64,000 bases of DNA from Acidobacteriota bacterium (GTDB lineage: Bacteria; Acidobacteriota; Thermoanaerobaculia; Multivoradales; UBA5704). The stretch's first letter is position 1, and the number at the start of each line of letters is the position of its first letter. A program made the position numbers and the translations under genes. A model generated the notes under the pieces. The model did not search any database, was not told the DNA's origin, and saw nothing but the letters and a program-made list of their open reading frames with translations. The stretch covers positions 1-64,000 of the forward strand of contig JBDTZG010000025.1 of NCBI GenBank assembly GCA_040005235.1, read 5' to 3'. This document shows positions 9,007-18,363 of the stretch, in pieces.

Positions 9007-11757
9007 ATGTCCCCGATGCAACTCCTGAGGAGTCCCCGCATGCGTTTCGTCCTCCTGGTTCTTTCGATCGCCCTCTTCGTGGCCGTTCCCGGCCTGGCGA
9101 TCTCGCCGTATCTCGTCCGCGACATCTCGCGGGTTCACCAGCCGCTCGACTCCAGCCCCGAGTCTTTCTTGTCGCTGGGGCCTCTGGCTCTCTTCTGCGC
9201 GGATTCAGTGGGCGATCTCTGGGCGAGCGACGGCACCGCCGCGGGGACGCGGGTGATCCAGCCCGGGCTGATCGGGCGACCGTTCGCCTTGGCGGGCGAC
9301 ACCGGTTATTTCCAGTCGACCCTGAACGGCAATCCATTCGCCCTCTGGTCGAGCCAAGGAACGGCGGCCACCACTCAGTTTCTCGGCGAGTTTTCCGTCC
9401 TGCGGCTGCCGGGGACCCAGGTGGTCTCGGTTCCGGGAAGCCGGACGATTTATTTCACGGCGCGCGAAAGCGTTCACGGTGGCGAGCTGTGGACCAGCGA
9501 CGGCACGCTGGCCGGAACCCATCTGGTGATCGACCTGCGGCTGGGGGACCGAGGCAGCGAGGTGGCAGAGCTGACCTGGTTTAAAGGGCGGCTCTACTTT
9601 ACCGGCGACGACGGACGGGGATTCGGGCTCTGGTCGACCGACGGTACGGCCGGCGGCACCCGCCGCATCCGGGCGTTTACCGCCTCCTCGATCTTCGGTG
9701 CGTTCTTTCTCCGTGCGCTGCCGAACCGGTTGGTCTATTTCGGGCCGGAGCGAAACCGCGGCTACGAGCTCTGGGCCTCCGACGGTACGGCGGCCGGCAC
9801 CGTCCCCCTGCCCGAGATCGCCGCGGGCAACCGTGGTGCCCAGATGCGCGACGCGATCGTGGTCGGCAATCGCTATTACACGATCGCGAGCGACGGTCGA
9901 ACCGGCTACGAGCTGTGGACCACGGACGGCACGCCGGGCGGCACCCGCAGCCTCACGCGGCTCGCCCCGGCCGATTCGCTCGACACCGGGTTCTTTCCCT
10001 ATCAACTGCCGAACCGGCTGGTCTTCTTCGCCAACGACGGTTCGAAAGGCAGGGAGCCGTGGGTGAGCGACGGCACGCCGAGCGGCACCAAGATTCTCGC
10101 CGATCTCTGCCCGGGTTCCTGTTCGAGCAACGCGGGGTCCCTTCCCAGTCCGGCCAACCGCCTATTGCTCAGCGCGGACACTCCTGGGGCGGGAGTCGAG
10201 CTCTGGACGATCGACGGCACCCCGGCGGGAACCCGCTTGCTCAAGGACATCTGTCCGGGCACCTGCTCGCCGAACTATTACGGTTTCCACCAGCTCGGAG
10301 GGCGAATTCTCTTCGCGGCCTCCGAGCCGACGCATGGCGAGGAGCTGTGGTCGACCGACGGTACCCCGGCGGGTACCGCGCGCGTCTCGAACTTGCCCGA
10401 CCCGATGCCGTTCGGCAGCTTTTTCCCCGGAGCGGTCGCCGGGGGCAACCTTCTGTTTCCCGGTCACGATCCGGTGCATGGCCGCGAGCTTTGGGCGACC
10501 CGCGGCCGGCTCGGTACCACCCGCCGGGTCGCCGACCTGGAGCCGGGCGAGAACGAATTTTCCGGCTCGTTTCCGAACGCGCTGACCTCCGCCGGATCGC
10601 GGGCCTATTTCTTCGCCAACGACGGCATCGAGGGCTACGAGCTCTGGTCGAGCGACGGAACCGAAGCGGGGACGCGGATCGCTTCCCATTTTGTTCGCGG
10701 CGCTGGGCCGGACTTTCCGCCGGGCAACATTCGCGCCGTCGGCGAGGACGGGCGCCTCTTCTTCGCCGCTCGATTCGAAACGACGGGAGAAGGGCTTTGG
10801 ATCGCCGACGGAAATCCCGACGGGATCATCCCCCTGGATCTCCCGGCGGAGCAGCGCGTCCTGGAGTTGAAGATCGTCGCCGGGCGCCTCTATTTCGCCG
10901 CCTCCGATTCGACGCTCGGCTCGACGACGCTCTGGCAGACCGACTGGACCGGGGCTCCGCGGGCGGAGGTCGCCACGAGCGTCGCGCTTTCCTGGCTGCA
11001 CGAATTCGGGAACGGGCTGCTGTTCGCCCGGGTAGGCACTCCGGAGGAAAGCGGACTCTGGATTGACGATGGGACCTCGGGAGGTGCCCGGCGCCTCGCC
11101 GAGGTGACGCCTGAAAGCGAGCCCACGCCGTACGCCGGGAAACTCTGGTTTTATGGCCGCACTCCGGAAGGCGAGCAGGGAGTCTGGGCGACCGATGGCA
11201 CCGAGACGGGGACGACCCAAACGCTGGACGTTAAGCCGGCGCCCGGTGGTTTTCCGGCTCCGTTCCTGGCCGGAGGGACCTCGACCCTTTACCTGTTCGG
11301 CGCAAGAGCGAGCGGCGTGGGGCTTTACGCCTGCGAAGGTACGTTAGCAACGCTGCGCTTTCGGGGGCCGGTCGGACCCCTTTTAGGCATCCCGGGTCTC
11401 AAGGTTCCGTTGGTCCTCGGAGATCGCCTCTTCTTCGAGTCGGCGAGTCCGGACGACCCGTTCGAGCGAGAGCTCTGGTCGAGCGACGGCACCGTCGCCG
11501 GCACGGCCCCGCTGCGCGATTCGACCGGGGAAAAGGTTTTCTCGCCGGAGCACCTTCAGGTCTTCGCTGGAAAGATGGTGGGCTTCCACTTCGGATCCTG
11601 GTTCGTCTCCGACGGAACTCCGGCCGGCACCTCGAACTTCGACCAACCGGTACCAAATCTAGGGCCGTTCATGCCGCCCGCCCAGACCGCCGGACGCCTG
11701 TTCTTCCCCGCGAGAACCGTAGAGGCCGGCGTGGAGCTTTGGGCGTTAGAGCCGTAG
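9007..11757 (+). CDS. ELWxxDGT repeat protein (secreted), intact
   Basis: More than 10 (E)LWxxDGT repeats; signal peptide MRFVLLVLSIALF. Start is 9007 (leaderless geometry) or 9040 (GAGGAG RBS). Confidence 0.9.
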   Translation: MSPMQLLRSPRMRFVLLVLSIALFVAVPGLAISPYLVRDISRVHQPLDSSPESFLSLGPLALFCADSVGDLWASDGTAAGTRVIQPGLIGRPFALAGDTGYFQSTLNGNPFALWSSQGTAATTQFLGEFSVLRLPGTQVVSVPGSRTIYFTARESVHGGELWTSDGTLAGTHLVIDLRLGDRGSEVAELTWFKGRLYFTGDDGRGFGLWSTDGTAGGTRRIRAFTASSIFGAFFLRALPNRLVYFGPERNRGYELWASDGTAAGTVPLPEIAAGNRGAQMRDAIVVGNRYYTIASDGRTGYELWTTDGTPGGTRSLTRLAPADSLDTGFFPYQLPNRLVFFANDGSKGREPWVSDGTPSGTKILADLCPGSCSSNAGSLPSPANRLLLSADTPGAGVELWTIDGTPAGTRLLKDICPGTCSPNYYGFHQLGGRILFAASEPTHGEELWSTDGTPAGTARVSNLPDPMPFGSFFPGAVAGGNLLFPGHDPVHGRELWATRGRLGTTRRVADLEPGENEFSGSFPNALTSAGSRAYFFANDGIEGYELWSSDGTEAGTRIASHFVRGAGPDFPPGNIRAVGEDGRLFFAARFETTGEGLWIADGNPDGIIPLDLPAEQRVLELKIVAGRLYFAASDSTLGSTTLWQTDWTGAPRAEVATSVALSWLHEFGNGLLFARVGTPEESGLWIDDGTSGGARRLAEVTPESEPTPYAGKLWFYGRTPEGEQGVWATDGTETGTTQTLDVKPAPGGFPAPFLAGGTSTLYLFGARASGVGLYACEGTLATLRFRGPVGPLLGIPGLKVPLVLGDRLFFESASPDDPFERELWSSDGTVAGTAPLRDSTGEKVFSPEHLQVFAGKMVGFHFGSWFVSDGTPAGTSNFDQPVPNLGPFMPPAQTAGRLFFPARTVEAGVELWALEP

Positions 11758-11906
11758 GCCCATCAGGTCGCCGACGAGTTTTTCGTAGGGAGGAGGGGGA
11801 TTAGAAAGGATTACGCGCATCGGTGGCGGTGATGGTCGCATGGTTCTTTCCTCAGGTCGTACGGCAAAGCGTACGCTTGGGCGAGCTGCCGGTCAACGGG
11901 CGCGCC

Positions 11907-13547
11907 CTAGTCCCACCGATCGAGCTGGTACGAAGATCGGCCGGACTTCGATGTCACACGTATCAGAGCGTTGTGCCAATTGCCGCCCTTGCGAAGGTCA
12001 AGGCCGCAAGCGGTCGCTTCGTTTTGATCTGCGACGGTCGTGCTCTTGGCGAACGCTTCGAACGTCTTCCGAAAAGCATGGAATTCCGCGCGGAGTTGCT
12101 CGGGAAAGAAGCCGATTCCACCTGAAGTCTTCAGATCACGCGCGCCCTCCAGGAGGAAAATGACTCCCTGGCCCCAATGTGGACGCGGTACATCGAGTCC
12201 CCACATGGGAGGCAGCAGTGTCAAGGTCGTCACCCGGTAATAGGAATCCGGAGCGAGGTTGAAGTCGCGCGGAGGACTGCCATTCAAATACACATACCAG
12301 GAGACCGGATTGCGCCGCTCCTCGCGGTCCCACTGGAGAATCGGCGGAGCCGAAACGTTACTTGCCGTAGTGAGAGCGATGTAGGAGCGGTTCGCGGCCG
12401 GAACGTAAACCTCCATTTCAATCGCTTCGGGAAGCACGGTCCGCGCGAACTTCTCCCACGTGATCGTGACGGCAGGCGCTTCGACCGCCTGAGGTTCTTT
12501 CCGACCGCGAACGGCGGCCTTGAGCGATCCGAAAACTCCTGCCTCGCCGGCGACGTTTGACGGGAGCGCGGTGGGTGCTTCCGGCTGCCAAATCGCCTCC
12601 ACGTCTTCAAGCCGGGCGAACCGGCGATCGAGCGAGCCCGCGGCGGCGAGGGCCGCGACCGCTTTCTCCGCTTCCACGATTTGCCCCGCGGACGGCCCGG
12701 CGGTCGGCCGCATGTACTGCAAGGGATGCATCTTGGCGTCAAAGCGCTCCTTGATCTCCGCGAAGTCGAGGCCTCTGGCGAGGTCCTCGAGCAGCGTGCC
12801 GATCATCGCCGAACGGATGTGGGAAAAGCCCGCAGGGGCGGTCGCGACCGCGCGCCATACGAGGTTCTCTTTGCTTCGACCGTTGCGCGTCGCATCGCGT
12901 CGCTCGTGGAGTGCCAGGAACCACTCGGCAACACCGAGTACCTTCTCGGCGCGATAGAGGCTGTCCCCGGCCGCGAGAAGCTGGCGGGCATTGCGCGCGA
13001 CCTCCACGGAGAAGTCTTCGAGCGCGCGGCAGAGAGCGGCGTGGGCTTCTCGTTTTTCCGCCATCTCCTGGCGGGGCGTCCGCAACGCGTGGCGAAAGAT
13101 CATCGATTCTGGAGGCGATACCGCCAGGTGCTCCCAGGGCTCCGTGACAGGCGTTCCCCAAGTTGACAGATTCGAAAAGAAGACTCCGGTCGGGCGCGCT
13201 CGGTCTACAGCGTCAGCCAACCGGCCGGTGGCCTGAGCGAAGATGCCGGAGCTCTCCCCCCAAAGCGCCGAGGCGAGGTTGCCGTTCTCGTCGATCGTGG
13301 CAAGCGCACCGTAGCGGCTGACGAACGTCCGGCAGGCATAACAGGCGTATTCCTTCCGCTGTGCCTCCGGGATCGACTCGACGAAAAGGCTCCAGAGGTC
13401 GGAGATGTCGGTAGTGAACAGAGGAGCGCCTTCGCCGACCGCCGCCGCAAAACGCCGCCGCGCGGACTCCAAGAGCTGGACGTCGTCGTCTGTCGGGCGG
13501 GAGGGCGAGGGATCTCCCGTCGCGGTGAGTGTGTCGGTCACGAACAT
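11907..13547 (-). CDS. Hypothetical cytoplasmic protein (~546 aa) with an N-terminal YxCxxCRxF motif
   Basis: AAGGAG RBS before ATG 13547; long globular-looking ORF; no signal peptide. Confidence 0.8.
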   Translation of the reverse strand: MFVTDTLTATGDPSPSRPTDDDVQLLESARRRFAAAVGEGAPLFTTDISDLWSLFVESIPEAQRKEYACYACRTFVSRYGALATIDENGNLASALWGESSGIFAQATGRLADAVDRARPTGVFFSNLSTWGTPVTEPWEHLAVSPPESMIFRHALRTPRQEMAEKREAHAALCRALEDFSVEVARNARQLLAAGDSLYRAEKVLGVAEWFLALHERRDATRNGRSKENLVWRAVATAPAGFSHIRSAMIGTLLEDLARGLDFAEIKERFDAKMHPLQYMRPTAGPSAGQIVEAEKAVAALAAAGSLDRRFARLEDVEAIWQPEAPTALPSNVAGEAGVFGSLKAAVRGRKEPQAVEAPAVTITWEKFARTVLPEAIEMEVYVPAANRSYIALTTASNVSAPPILQWDREERRNPVSWYVYLNGSPPRDFNLAPDSYYRVTTLTLLPPMWGLDVPRPHWGQGVIFLLEGARDLKTSGGIGFFPEQLRAEFHAFRKTFEAFAKSTTVADQNEATACGLDLRKGGNWHNALIRVTSKSGRSSYQLDRWD

Positions 13548-13750
13548 TCTCCTTGCTGGGCCAGAAGCGCGCCGTATCGGTGCGCCGGAGCTTACAGGAG
13601 CGGGTGGTCCACCACCTCCCCCAGGAACCGCGGTTTGTCCCCGTCTTCGTGATTCCGTCGTCGCGACGGCCAAAGCCGGGCAGAAACAACGGCGGTGCCG
13701 ATTGCGTAACAGCGATCCAGAGCCGCTCGTCCGGCCGAGGAGGATTTCTG

Positions 13751-14659
13751 GTGCTTTCGATCCGCAATCTGTCGAAGACCTACGGCAACGGCGTGCGCGC
13801 CCTGGTCGACGTTTCGCTGGAAGTCCCCGCCGGCATGTTCGGCCTGCTGGGGCCGAACGGCGCGGGCAAGTCCACGTTGATGCGTACCCTCGCGACGCTC
13901 CAGGAGTCCGATTCCGGCTCGGTCCGGTTCGACGGGATCGACGTGCTGCGCGACAAACAGGCGCTGCGCCAGGTGCTCGGCTATCTGCCGCAGGATTTTG
14001 GGGTCTATCCGAAGATCAGCGCCGAGACGATGCTCGACCATTTCGCGGTGCTCAAGGGCCTTGCGAATGGCGGCGAGCGGCGCGCGGTGGTGAAAGCCTT
14101 GCTCGAACGGACGAACCTCTGGGCAGTCAAGGATCGCAAGCTCGGTACCTTCTCGGGCGGCATGCGGCAGCGGTTCGGTATTGCCCAGGCGCTGATCGGC
14201 GATCCGAAGCTGGTGATCGTCGACGAGCCGACCGCCGGGCTCGATCCGGAGGAGCGGAACCGCTTCTTGAACCTGCTCGCCGAAATCGGCGAAAACGTTG
14301 TGGTCATTCTCTCCACCCACATCGTCGAAGACGTCACCGACCTCTGTCCGCGCATGGCGATCCTGGCCGGCGGCGAGCTGCGGGTGGCCGGCGAGCCGCG
14401 CCAGGTGATCGCGGAGCTGGTCGGGCAGATTTGGCAAAAGACGGTGACGAGAGACGAGCTGGCCCGCTACGAGGCGGAGCACGAGGTGCTGTCGCGGCGC
14501 TTGGCCGCCGGCCGGACGGTGATTCACGTCTGGAGCGAGAGCGACCCGGGGGATGGTTTCGAAGGCGTGGCCCCCGATCTCGAAGACGTCTATTTCCACG
14601 CCCTGCGCCGCGCCGAACGCCGCGCCCAAAGCGGTGTCGAGCCGGCTCTTGCGGCCTAA
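13751..14659 (+). CDS. ABC transporter ATP-binding protein
   Basis: GPNGAGKST, FSGGMRQR, IVDEP, LSTH; GAGGAGG RBS. Confidence 0.95.
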   Translation: MLSIRNLSKTYGNGVRALVDVSLEVPAGMFGLLGPNGAGKSTLMRTLATLQESDSGSVRFDGIDVLRDKQALRQVLGYLPQDFGVYPKISAETMLDHFAVLKGLANGGERRAVVKALLERTNLWAVKDRKLGTFSGGMRQRFGIAQALIGDPKLVIVDEPTAGLDPEERNRFLNLLAEIGENVVVILSTHIVEDVTDLCPRMAILAGGELRVAGEPRQVIAELVGQIWQKTVTRDELARYEAEHEVLSRRLAAGRTVIHVWSESDPGDGFEGVAPDLEDVYFHALRRAERRAQSGVEPALAA

Positions 14660-14674
14660 TCTCCCGAGACGATC

Positions 14675-17600
14675 ATGTCCAAGAACTTCCGCGAGATCTT
14701 CCGTTTCGAGCTCTACCAGACCCTCCGGTCGCCGCTGTTTTGGGGCACCGGGCTGTTTTTCGCCACCATGACGTTCGGCGCCGTGACGTCCGATTCGATC
14801 ACCATCGGCGGCGGCATCGGCAACGTGCAGCGGAACGCTCCGTTCGTCATCCTCCAACTGCTTTCGGTGATGAGCGTAATCGGAGTCTTCGTCACCACCG
14901 CGTTCGTCGCGGGTGCCGCGCTGCGCGATTTCGAGCGCGGCACGCACGAGCTGTTCTTTTCGAAGCCGATGGCGAAACTCGATTACTTGGGCGGACGGTT
15001 CGCCGGTTCGCTGGTCGCCTCGACCGGCGTGATGGTGCTCTGTTCGCTCGGGATTCTGATCGGCAGCTTCATGCCCTGGCTCGACGCGGAGCGGATCGGG
15101 CCGACGCTCGCCGGGCCGTATCTGTTCGCGCTCGCCTTACTGGTGATCCCCAATCTGCTGCTCACCGGCGCGCTGTTCTTCGCGCTCGCCGCGGCGTCGC
15201 GCAGTTGGCTGGTCACCTACGTCGCCGTGGTGGTCTTTTTCGCCGGCTTCTTCATCGCGTCGTTGATGCTCGGAGACGTCGATCACCAGACGCTCGGCGC
15301 GCTGCTCGATCCGTTCGGCGCCTCGGCGATCAACCTCGCCACGCGCTATTGGACGGTCGCCGACAAGAACACCGCGTTGCCGCCGCTCTCCGGCATTCTG
15401 CTGTGGAATCGGCTGATCTGGACTGGCGTCGGGCTGGCCGTACTTTCGCTGAGCTTCGCCACCTTCCGCACCTCGGCGGGGGCGCCGACCTACGGCGCGT
15501 TGGGGCGGCAGATGCGCCGGCGGAAGAAGACCGAGGCGGGCGCCGTAGAGCCGCAAGTGCGTCTCGCGCCCGTCGCGGTGCCGGCGGCCTCGCGCGATTT
15601 TTCCTCGGGCCGGAACCGCTCGCTGTTTTTCCATGCGCTGCGCCGCGAAACCGTCGGGGTATGGAAGAGCATTCCGTTCGTGGTCATGCTCGCGTTCGGC
15701 ATGTTCAACCTGGCGGGCAGCTCCGTCGTGCGTTTCGAGCGCTTCGGCACGAAGGTCTATCCGGTGACCGCGTTGATGTTGGACAACATCCAGGGGAGCT
15801 TCGTCTTCCTGCTGGTGATCATCGTCACGCTCTACGCGGGCGAGCTGGTCTGGCGCGAGCGCGAGCTCAAAGTCGCGGAAGTGACCGACGCGCTGCCCGT
15901 GCCGAGCTGGGTGCCGCTGCTGTCAAAGATCGGTGCGCTGTGGATCGTGATCCTCACCTTTCTAACCGTCGGTGGCTTGACCGCGATCGGCATTCAACTT
16001 TCGCAAGCATACACCCACGTCGAGCCGAGCCTGTACGCCAAGGGGCTGGCGATCGATGCGGTGCGCTTTCTGCTCGCCGCGGTTCTCGCGGTGTTCTTCC
16101 AGGTGCTGTGCAATCAGAAATTCTTCGGCTATCTGGCGATGATCCTGTTCCTGATCAGCCAGACGGTGCTCGCGTCGCTCAACTTCGATCACCGGCTCTA
16201 TCGCTTCGCCGATGTGCCTTCGATGACCTATTCGGACATGAACGGCTACGGCCATTTCCTTCAGGGTTTCGCCTGGTTCAATCTCTATTGGGCCTGCTTC
16301 GCGCTCCTGCTGCTGGTGGGGGCCGTCCTGTTTTGGGTGCGGGGGAGCGAGAGCGTCTGGCGGCTTCGGGCGCGCGAGGCTAAGGCCCGCTTCCGCGGCC
16401 CCTGGCGCGCGCTCGCGGCGGCGGGTCTGGTGGCTTGGGTCGCGATCGGCGGATGGATCTTCTGGAACACCAACGTGTTGAACGCCTACGTGCCGACCGA
16501 TGAAAAGGAGCACCGCCAGGCGGAGTACGAAAAGCAGTACCGGAAGTACAAGGATCTCGTCGCCCCCCGGATCGTCGACGCCGAGGCGAACGTCGACATC
16601 TTTCCCGACGAGCGGCGGGTGGAGATCGCCGGCCGCTATGTCCTCAAGAACAAATCGAACCGGCCGGAGGATACGATCCACCTTCAGCTCGATCCGCAGG
16701 TGAAGGTCCGGCGACTGTCGCTCGATCCGAAGTGGCGAACCCATTTCGACGAGGTACAAGGCTATTCGATCTACAAGCTGCCGGTTCCCCTCGCGCCGGG
16801 CGCCACGATGGAACTTTCGTTCCAGCTGACGGCGGAGGAAAAGGGATTCGTCACGCAGGATTCCCAGACCTCGCTGGTCTACAACGGAACGTTCTTCAAC
16901 AACGGCCAGTTTTTCCCCGCGCTCGCCTACGACGAATCGCGCCAGCTCCAGGATCGCAACGACCGCCGGAAGTACGGCCTGCCGCCGGCCGTGCGGATGG
17001 CGAAGCTCGAAGACGCCAACGCCCGGCGCAACAACTACCTCTCCGGCGACGCCGACTGGATCGGGTTCCGCGCCACGGTTTCGACCAGCGCGGATCAGAT
17101 CGCGCTCGCGCCGGGGTATCTAAAGCGCGAGTGGAGGGAGGGGAACAGGCGCTACTTCCGCTACGAGATGGACCGGCCGATCCTCAATTTCTACTCGTTC
17201 CTCTCGGCGCGTTGGGCGGCCAAGAAAGACGTCTGGCACCCGGGGAAGGAGAACGTCGCGATCGAGATTTATTACGATCCGGCGCACGCCTACAACGTCG
17301 ATCGGATGATCGATTCGGCGAAGAAGTCGCTCGACTATTTCACCGCGAAGTTCTCTCCCTACCAGCACCACCAGGTGCGGATCCTCGAATTCCCGCGCTA
17401 CGCGAGCTTCGCGCAGTCGTTTCCGAACACCATTCCTTATTCGGAGAGCATCGGCTTCATCGCCGACCTTCGCGACCCGGAGAACATCGATTACGTTTTC
17501 TACGTCACGGCCCACGAGGTCGCCCACCAATGGTGGGGTCACCAGGTGATCGGCGGCGCGGTCCAGGGCGGGACGATGCTTTCCGAAAGCCTCGCGCAAT

Positions 17601-18319
17601 ACTCGGCGCTGATGGTGATGAAGAAGGAGTACGGCAAGGAAAAGATGCGGCGCTTCTTGAAGTACGAGCTCGACCAGTATCTCCAGGGGCGCGGCGGCGA
17701 GCTGATCGAGGAGATGCCCCTGATGCGGGTGGAAAACCAACCGTACATCCACTATCGCAAAGGAAGCCTGGTCTTCTACGCCCTCCAGGAAGCGATCGGC
17801 GAAGAGACGGTCGATCGAGCTCTCTCGCGCTATGTCGGAGAGGTGGCGTTCCAGGAGCCGCCCTATACCTACACGCCGGATCTGATCAAGATTCTGCGCG
17901 AGGTGACGCCTCCGGGAGATCAGGGTTTGATCACCGACCTGTTCGAGACGATCACGCTCTACGACCTGCGCGCGACGACCGCCACCTGGACGAAGCGGGC
18001 CGACGGAAAATATCTGGTGAAGCTCGCGGTCGATGCCAAAAAGCTGCACGCCGACGGCCGGGGAGTCGAGTCGCCGCTGGCGCTCGACGATTCGATCGAC
18101 ATCGGGGTCTTCGGCGAGAAGGAAGCGAAGACGAAGGGCGGAAAGAAGGAAGAGACGGTGCTCTATCTCGCGAAGCACCGGCTCACGCAACCGATCTCAA
18201 CGTTCGAGCTGGTGGTGGACGCCAAGCCCATCGAGGCGGGGATCGATCCGCTCAACAAGCTGGTCGATCGCACCTCGGACGACAACCGGATGAAGGTGAC
18301 GGCGGCCGGCACTTCCTAG
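14675..18319 (+). CDS. Double ABC-2 permease fused to a C-terminal M1-family aminopeptidase domain
   Basis: ~600 aa of TM helices in two halves, then VTAHEVAHQWWG (HExxH), LSESLAQY (third ligand) and YxKG. Confidence 0.9.
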   Translation: MSKNFREIFRFELYQTLRSPLFWGTGLFFATMTFGAVTSDSITIGGGIGNVQRNAPFVILQLLSVMSVIGVFVTTAFVAGAALRDFERGTHELFFSKPMAKLDYLGGRFAGSLVASTGVMVLCSLGILIGSFMPWLDAERIGPTLAGPYLFALALLVIPNLLLTGALFFALAAASRSWLVTYVAVVVFFAGFFIASLMLGDVDHQTLGALLDPFGASAINLATRYWTVADKNTALPPLSGILLWNRLIWTGVGLAVLSLSFATFRTSAGAPTYGALGRQMRRRKKTEAGAVEPQVRLAPVAVPAASRDFSSGRNRSLFFHALRRETVGVWKSIPFVVMLAFGMFNLAGSSVVRFERFGTKVYPVTALMLDNIQGSFVFLLVIIVTLYAGELVWRERELKVAEVTDALPVPSWVPLLSKIGALWIVILTFLTVGGLTAIGIQLSQAYTHVEPSLYAKGLAIDAVRFLLAAVLAVFFQVLCNQKFFGYLAMILFLISQTVLASLNFDHRLYRFADVPSMTYSDMNGYGHFLQGFAWFNLYWACFALLLLVGAVLFWVRGSESVWRLRAREAKARFRGPWRALAAAGLVAWVAIGGWIFWNTNVLNAYVPTDEKEHRQAEYEKQYRKYKDLVAPRIVDAEANVDIFPDERRVEIAGRYVLKNKSNRPEDTIHLQLDPQVKVRRLSLDPKWRTHFDEVQGYSIYKLPVPLAPGATMELSFQLTAEEKGFVTQDSQTSLVYNGTFFNNGQFFPALAYDESRQLQDRNDRRKYGLPPAVRMAKLEDANARRNNYLSGDADWIGFRATVSTSADQIALAPGYLKREWREGNRRYFRYEMDRPILNFYSFLSARWAAKKDVWHPGKENVAIEIYYDPAHAYNVDRMIDSAKKSLDYFTAKFSPYQHHQVRILEFPRYASFAQSFPNTIPYSESIGFIADLRDPENIDYVFYVTAHEVAHQWWGHQVIGGAVQGGTMLSESLAQYSALMVMKKEYGKEKMRRFLKYELDQYLQGRGGELIEEMPLMRVENQPYIHYRKGSLVFYALQEAIGEETVDRALSRYVGEVAFQEPPYTYTPDLIKILREVTPPGDQGLITDLFETITLYDLRATTATWTKRADGKYLVKLAVDAKKLHADGRGVESPLALDDSIDIGVFGEKEAKTKGGKKEETVLYLAKHRLTQPISTFELVVDAKPIEAGIDPLNKLVDRTSDDNRMKVTAAGTS

Positions 18320-18363
18320 ACGATCCGGCGTGCCTCTCGGGAGCGCACGCCGGAGACTCGACT

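Noticed and set aside
11746-11841. 31-codon minus-strand ORF with an RBS-like GAGGAAAG
   Set aside because: Too short and featureless to support; may be a gene stub.
13405-16383. 992-aa alternative-frame ORF and similar long Arg/Pro-rich shadow ORFs (16732, 49926, 57466, 61071 etc.)
   Set aside because: They overlap well-supported genes, lack motifs, and are expected from stop-codon scarcity at high GC.
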